A DNA stretch of 62,031 bases from Basidiobolus meristosporus CBS 931.73 (lineage: Eukaryota > Fungi > Basidiobolomycota). The stretch is from contig MCFE01000524.1 of the NCBI GenBank assembly GCA_002104905.1, forward strand, positions 1 to 62,031. The letters are read 5' to 3'. Each line of letters starts with the position of its first letter. Within the stretch, counting starts at the first letter, position 1. The position numbers and the translations under genes were made by a program. Shown piece after piece: positions 61,885 to 62,031 of the stretch. The notes under the pieces are model-generated. The model did no database searches. It saw only the letters and a program-made list of their open reading frames with translations, and was not told the origin of the DNA.

Positions 61885-62031
61885 GTTAGGGTTAGGGTTA
61901 GGGTTAGGGTTAGGGTTAGGGTTAGGGTTAGGGTTAGGGTTAGGGTTAGGGTTAGGGTTAGGGTTAGGGTTAGGGTTAGGGTTAGGGTTAGGGTTAGGGT
62001 TAGGGTTAGGGTTAGGGTTAGGGTTAGGGTT
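61883..62031 (+). repeat. Telomere (TTAGGG)n, ~25 units to the window end
   Basis: Perfect GGGTTA array, with the G-rich strand running 5'->3' toward the end as expected for a right chromosome end. Confidence 0.98.

Noticed and set aside
1-62031. CRISPR arrays, rRNA or tRNA genes
   Set aside because: No repeat-spacer array, rRNA signature or tRNA cloverleaf was seen; the sequence is eukaryotic.

Overview
Eukaryotic, intron-rich fungal DNA (an early-diverging lineage such as Zoopagomycota/Mucoromycota is my inference from gene style) running to a chromosome end. The + strand ends in ~25 TTAGGG repeats (61883-62031). There are three zones. (1) 1-~14.9 kb is CpG-depleted decayed retrotransposon sequence: a Ty3/Gypsy chromovirus, a chimeric Ty1/Copia element and LTR fragments. 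(2) ~15-52 kb is a gene-dense core with normal CpG: LMBR1-like, CHS7, DBP10, BRI3-like, a small ORF, a PLA2G12-like secreted protein, MOB4/phocein, RPS0, a histidine phosphatase, three C2H2 zinc-finger paralogs (two forming a ~3.2-kb palindrome), PP2A-B56/RTS1, a tandem 12-Cys membrane protein and a CREG-like protein. (3) 52 kb-end is a truncated Copia interrupted by a Gypsy LTR. That LTR is cut exactly at its internal GGGTTAGGG and continues into a head-to-tail array of telomere-attached non-LTR retroelements. The standout is this array: two 5'-truncated APE-RT (ORF2) units and one separate ORF1-like-only unit, each joined through telomeric repeats, without poly(A) tails or TSDs. Both unit types end in the same two-hairpin 3' RNA motif, which shows a compensatory base-pair change. 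This looks like a split (bipartite) telomeric LINE system alternating with telomerase. All assignments are by eye from motifs; no searches were run.
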